From positions 339 through 64,338 of the forward strand of contig JAYVNQ010000229.1 in assembly GCA_043758365.1 (NCBI GenBank): 64,000 bases of DNA, read 5' to 3'. A program made the position numbers and the translations under genes. The DNA comes from Chitinophagales bacterium. Lineage in GTDB: Bacteria > Bacteroidota > Bacteroidia > Chitinophagales > Chitinophagaceae. Below are positions 61,149 to 64,000 of the stretch, one piece after another. Numbering within the stretch: position 1 is the first letter of the stretch; every line of letters starts with the position of its first letter. The notes under the pieces are model-generated. The model was not told the DNA's origin and searched no databases. It was given only the letters and a program-made list of their open reading frames with translations.

Positions 61149-62087
61149 TTACAGGTTGGTTTCTTTAATAATATAGTGTGGCCGCCCTTTGCTTTGCATA
61201 AATAATTTACCCAAGTACATGCCTATAATGCCCAAAATCATCAACTGCAAACCACCAAAAAATGCAACCGTTGCTATTAATGATGCCCAGCCAGAAACTG
61301 GATGTTCCCAAATAATACTAATGACTATGTAGGGGATGTACAACAAGGATAAAAATGAAAATGCAAACCCGAGATAAGCCGCAACATACAAAGGTTTGGT
61401 GCTAAATGCAGTAATGCCTTGAATGGCAAGTCTAGTCATTCTTTTAAACGAATATTTTGATTTGCCAGCCATTCTTAATGCTGATGTATATTGAATACCA
61501 ACTTGATTGAATCCCATCCACTTTATTAAACCACGCATAAAAATATCGGCTTCGTTTAACGTGCGGAAAACTGTCACAACTTTTTTATCCATTAGCCTAA
61601 AATCTGCTGTGCCAGCCTCTAACTCTATATCTGAAAGGTTATTTATTATATCATAAAAAAGTTCGGATGTTTTCTTTTTAAATGAGCCAATATCCTGATG
61701 GTCGTTTCGGATGGTGTACACAATATCGTAGCCATTTTCCCATTGTTTAACCAGTTCGGGTAGCAACGATGGTGGATGTTGTAAGTCGCCATCCATCATT
61801 ATTACTGCATCGCCGTCTGCCTTATCTAGTCCTGCTTTTAAAGCATTTTGGTGTCCGAAACTTTTGGTGAGCGATATATAGGAAATAAAGGTTGATTGGG
61901 CTGCCCTTCGTTTAATATATTCTAAAGTACCATCGGTGCTGCTATCTTCTACAAAAATTAGTTGGTAGCTATAGGGTAGTGGTTGTAACGCATCATCAAT
62001 TTGTTGAATTAGTTGAGGTAAATTGCCACATTCGTTGCATACAGGCACAACAATAGAAATATTTTTCAAGATCAAAACTGGTTGCAT
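61149..62087 (-). CDS. GtrB/ArnC-like polyisoprenyl-phosphate glycosyltransferase (GT2)
   Basis: SFGHQNAL.AGL, MDGDLQHPP, DFRLMD and GWASL plus two C-terminal TMs. Confidence 0.92.
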   Translation of the reverse strand: MQPVLILKNISIVVPVCNECGNLPQLIQQIDDALQPLPYSYQLIFVEDSSTDGTLEYIKRRAAQSTFISYISLTKSFGHQNALKAGLDKADGDAVIMMDGDLQHPPSLLPELVKQWENGYDIVYTIRNDHQDIGSFKKKTSELFYDIINNLSDIELEAGTADFRLMDKKVVTVFRTLNEADIFMRGLIKWMGFNQVGIQYTSALRMAGKSKYSFKRMTRLAIQGITAFSTKPLYVAAYLGFAFSFLSLLYIPYIVISIIWEHPVSGWASLIATVAFFGGLQLMILGIIGMYLGKLFMQSKGRPHYIIKETNL

Positions 62088-62161
62088 AAATTGAACAAAA
62101 GTGAATAGCGAAAGTAGGGCTTTAGCATGGTGTTTCCAATATGCCTTACTGGATAAAATAT

Positions 62162-63022
62162 CTAAAAAACCTTGCTATTTTTTTCAAGTTGCACTATTTG
62201 TAAAAGTCCAGCCTTCATACTCACAATTGGTTGCCAGTGCAGTATTTCAGCAGCTTTTATTATGCCTGCAACCGTATCCATAATTTCAGCAGGCCGTTTT
62301 GTACCGCTGCTAAAAACTTGGTAATCAGTACCACAAATCTCTTGTATCAAACCAATAATTTCTGCAACGGAATAGCTTGTTCCAGAGCCAATATTGATGA
62401 TGTTGAAATTGGTTAATTGCAAAGCTTTTATAATAGCGTTTACTAAATCGGCGATGTAGATATAATCTCTTTTTGGCTCTAAATCCTTTACCTTAATTTC
62501 TTTATTGGTAAGCACTTGCTTAATTAACATTGGTATTAAAAACGATGTCGGTTGCCCAGGTCCATAAATATTAAAAGGCCTGATTATTACTGTAGATAAA
62601 TGATAATTATCGGCATAAAATGTACAAAAGTCTTCAGCTATTTTTTTTGATAAAGCATAAGGGTTAGGGGTAAATATTGGTGAACTTTCATCAATTGGCA
62701 AGTTTGCAGGATTGCCATATAAATAAGAGCTGATAAATATCATTTTAGCCTTGTGCTTTCTGCAATACTCTAATGCCCTCAATGTACCATAGGCATTGGT
62801 TTCCATAAAAATTTGGGGTTGTTCCCAACTATCGGGTACATAGGTTTTCGCTGCCAAGTGAATAACAATATCTGTTGCAGGTATAGTAGCCCATGTAGTG
62901 GCTAAAGCAATATTGCCCATACCGCTGGTTAGTGCCACAACATCATGTCCCAAATCCACGAGGGCTTTTGTAAGATGTGTACCTACAAATCCGGTTGCAC
63001 CTGTGACCAAAATTTTAGGCAT
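62162..63022 (-). CDS. NAD-dependent epimerase/dehydratase
   Basis: VTGATGFVG, YALSK (YxxxK), R.FNIYGPGQ and RDYIY..D motifs. Confidence 0.92.
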   Translation of the reverse strand: MPKILVTGATGFVGTHLTKALVDLGHDVVALTSGMGNIALATTWATIPATDIVIHLAAKTYVPDSWEQPQIFMETNAYGTLRALEYCRKHKAKMIFISSYLYGNPANLPIDESSPIFTPNPYALSKKIAEDFCTFYADNYHLSTVIIRPFNIYGPGQPTSFLIPMLIKQVLTNKEIKVKDLEPKRDYIYIADLVNAIIKALQLTNFNIINIGSGTSYSVAEIIGLIQEICGTDYQVFSSGTKRPAEIMDTVAGIIKAAEILHWQPIVSMKAGLLQIVQLEKNSKVF

Positions 63023-63725
63023 ATAAAATTTTATCTTTTAACTGATCAAACTTTTCAATAGCTTCTAAATAATCATCTGGGCGGCCAATATCTAACCATA
63101 ACCCTTCGTAAGTATTCACTGCAACAGGATGGTTATTTTGTAATAGATTTAGCATCAAATTGTCAAAACCATAAGGCGCATTGTTAGGTATAAATGGTAG
63201 CACATTTTTGCTTACCATATAAATACCCATACTTACTTCGTATGTGTTTTTCGGTTTTTCTTTAAAGCCAGTTAACACACCATCGGCTGTTTCCAATACC
63301 CCATAATCAATCATCTCCTCACGTTTGTGCGAACAAATTGTAAATAATACGTTATTGCTAATATGGGTTTTATAAAATTCATCGTACGATAAATCAGTTA
63401 AAATATCGCCGTTCATTACTAAAAAATGTTCAGGTAAATTATCAATTAATTTTAATGGTCCCATAGTGCCTAACGGCTGATCTTCTAACGAGTAAGCGAT
63501 TGCGATATCCCACTTACTGCCATCACCAAAAAAAGCCTTAATCAGCTCTGCTTGATGGTTTACTGCCAATGTAATATGTGTAAACCCTTGTATTGCCAAT
63601 TGCCTAATGATGACTTCTAAAATTGGCCACTCGCCAATGGGCATCAGTGGTTTGGGTAATACCACGGTGTATGGCCTTAGCCTTTTTCCCTTTCCACCTG
63701 CTAGAATTACGGCGTGTTTTGTCAT
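63015..63725 (-). CDS. Sugar-phosphate nucleotidyltransferase
   Basis: ILAGGKGKRLRP...PKPL, PLGTMG, VMNGD and WLDIGRPDDY motifs. Confidence 0.92.
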   Translation of the reverse strand: MTKHAVILAGGKGKRLRPYTVVLPKPLMPIGEWPILEVIIRQLAIQGFTHITLAVNHQAELIKAFFGDGSKWDIAIAYSLEDQPLGTMGPLKLIDNLPEHFLVMNGDILTDLSYDEFYKTHISNNVLFTICSHKREEMIDYGVLETADGVLTGFKEKPKNTYEVSMGIYMVSKNVLPFIPNNAPYGFDNLMLNLLQNNHPVAVNTYEGLWLDIGRPDDYLEAIEKFDQLKDKILYA

Positions 63726-63749
63726 GCTACTCTTTTTACTATAACAAGC

Positions 63750-64000
63750 TTAAATATTGTATGTATCGGTTTTGTATCTAGCCAAATTTTCTGGCTTTAC
63801 AAACCAATCAATTGTTTTTTGTAACCCTTGTTTAAAGCCTTCTAAGCCACCATAAGCAGGTTCCCAATTCATGGTTTGTTTTGCTTTGTCATAATTACAA
63901 AAAAGCCTTTCTACTTCACTTTTTTCAGGTCTTAGCCTTAATGGATCTAATTCAAACACAACGTCTTTATTCATTAATTCGGCAATTAATTCAGCCGTTT
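63750..64000 (-). CDS. C-terminal part of an NAD-dependent 4,6-dehydratase (LegB-like); runs off the window
   Basis: Frame open to the window edge: TAELIAELM...RLRPEKSEVERL...GLQKTIDWF...YKTDTYNI. Confidence 0.8.
   Translation of the reverse strand, partial: TAELIAELMNKDVVFELDPLRLRPEKSEVERLFCNYDKAKQTMNWEPAYGGLEGFKQGLQKTIDWFVKPENLARYKTDTYNI

Noticed and set aside
62149-62163. CTGGATAAAATATCT abutting a TAG stop, resembling the right end of repeats B and C
   Set aside because: Only about 15 AT-rich bases match and the diagnostic GCG-A-CGC dyad is absent, so chance cannot be excluded.

Overview
AT-rich Bacteroidota chromosome segment. Gene content and TAnnTTTG promoters suggest Chitinophagaceae (inference). 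It holds housekeeping genes (pyrC, psd, gcvT, dusB, cdsA, murF, ispF, dut, mgsA, pxpA and a pxpB-pxpC fusion, a cystathionine lyase/synthase), a TamA/TamB pair and the type IX secretion/gliding block gldJ-porU-porV. It also holds a ~14.6 kb Wzx/Wzy polysaccharide locus with an exosortase-family gene, a RelE-type toxin-antitoxin pair, and the distal end of a second glycan locus. No rRNA, tRNA, CRISPR array, intact transposase or recombinase was seen. The most notable signal is a ~61-65 bp structured repeat present three times (5581-5641 minus, 12928-12988 plus, 22314-22378 plus). Its palindrome shows compensatory changes, and the copies sit at apparent rearrangement junctions. The inverted pair brackets a 7.3 kb segment whose flip would rejoin cdsA to psd. 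The direct pair brackets a 9.4 kb block whose tonB-like gene has lost its 5' end at the repeat. An IS1-like MITE (23 bp TIRs, 8 bp TSD, nested palindrome) and a second 20 bp inverted-repeat element lie inside the polysaccharide locus. All family assignments come from recognising motifs by eye; no database search was run.
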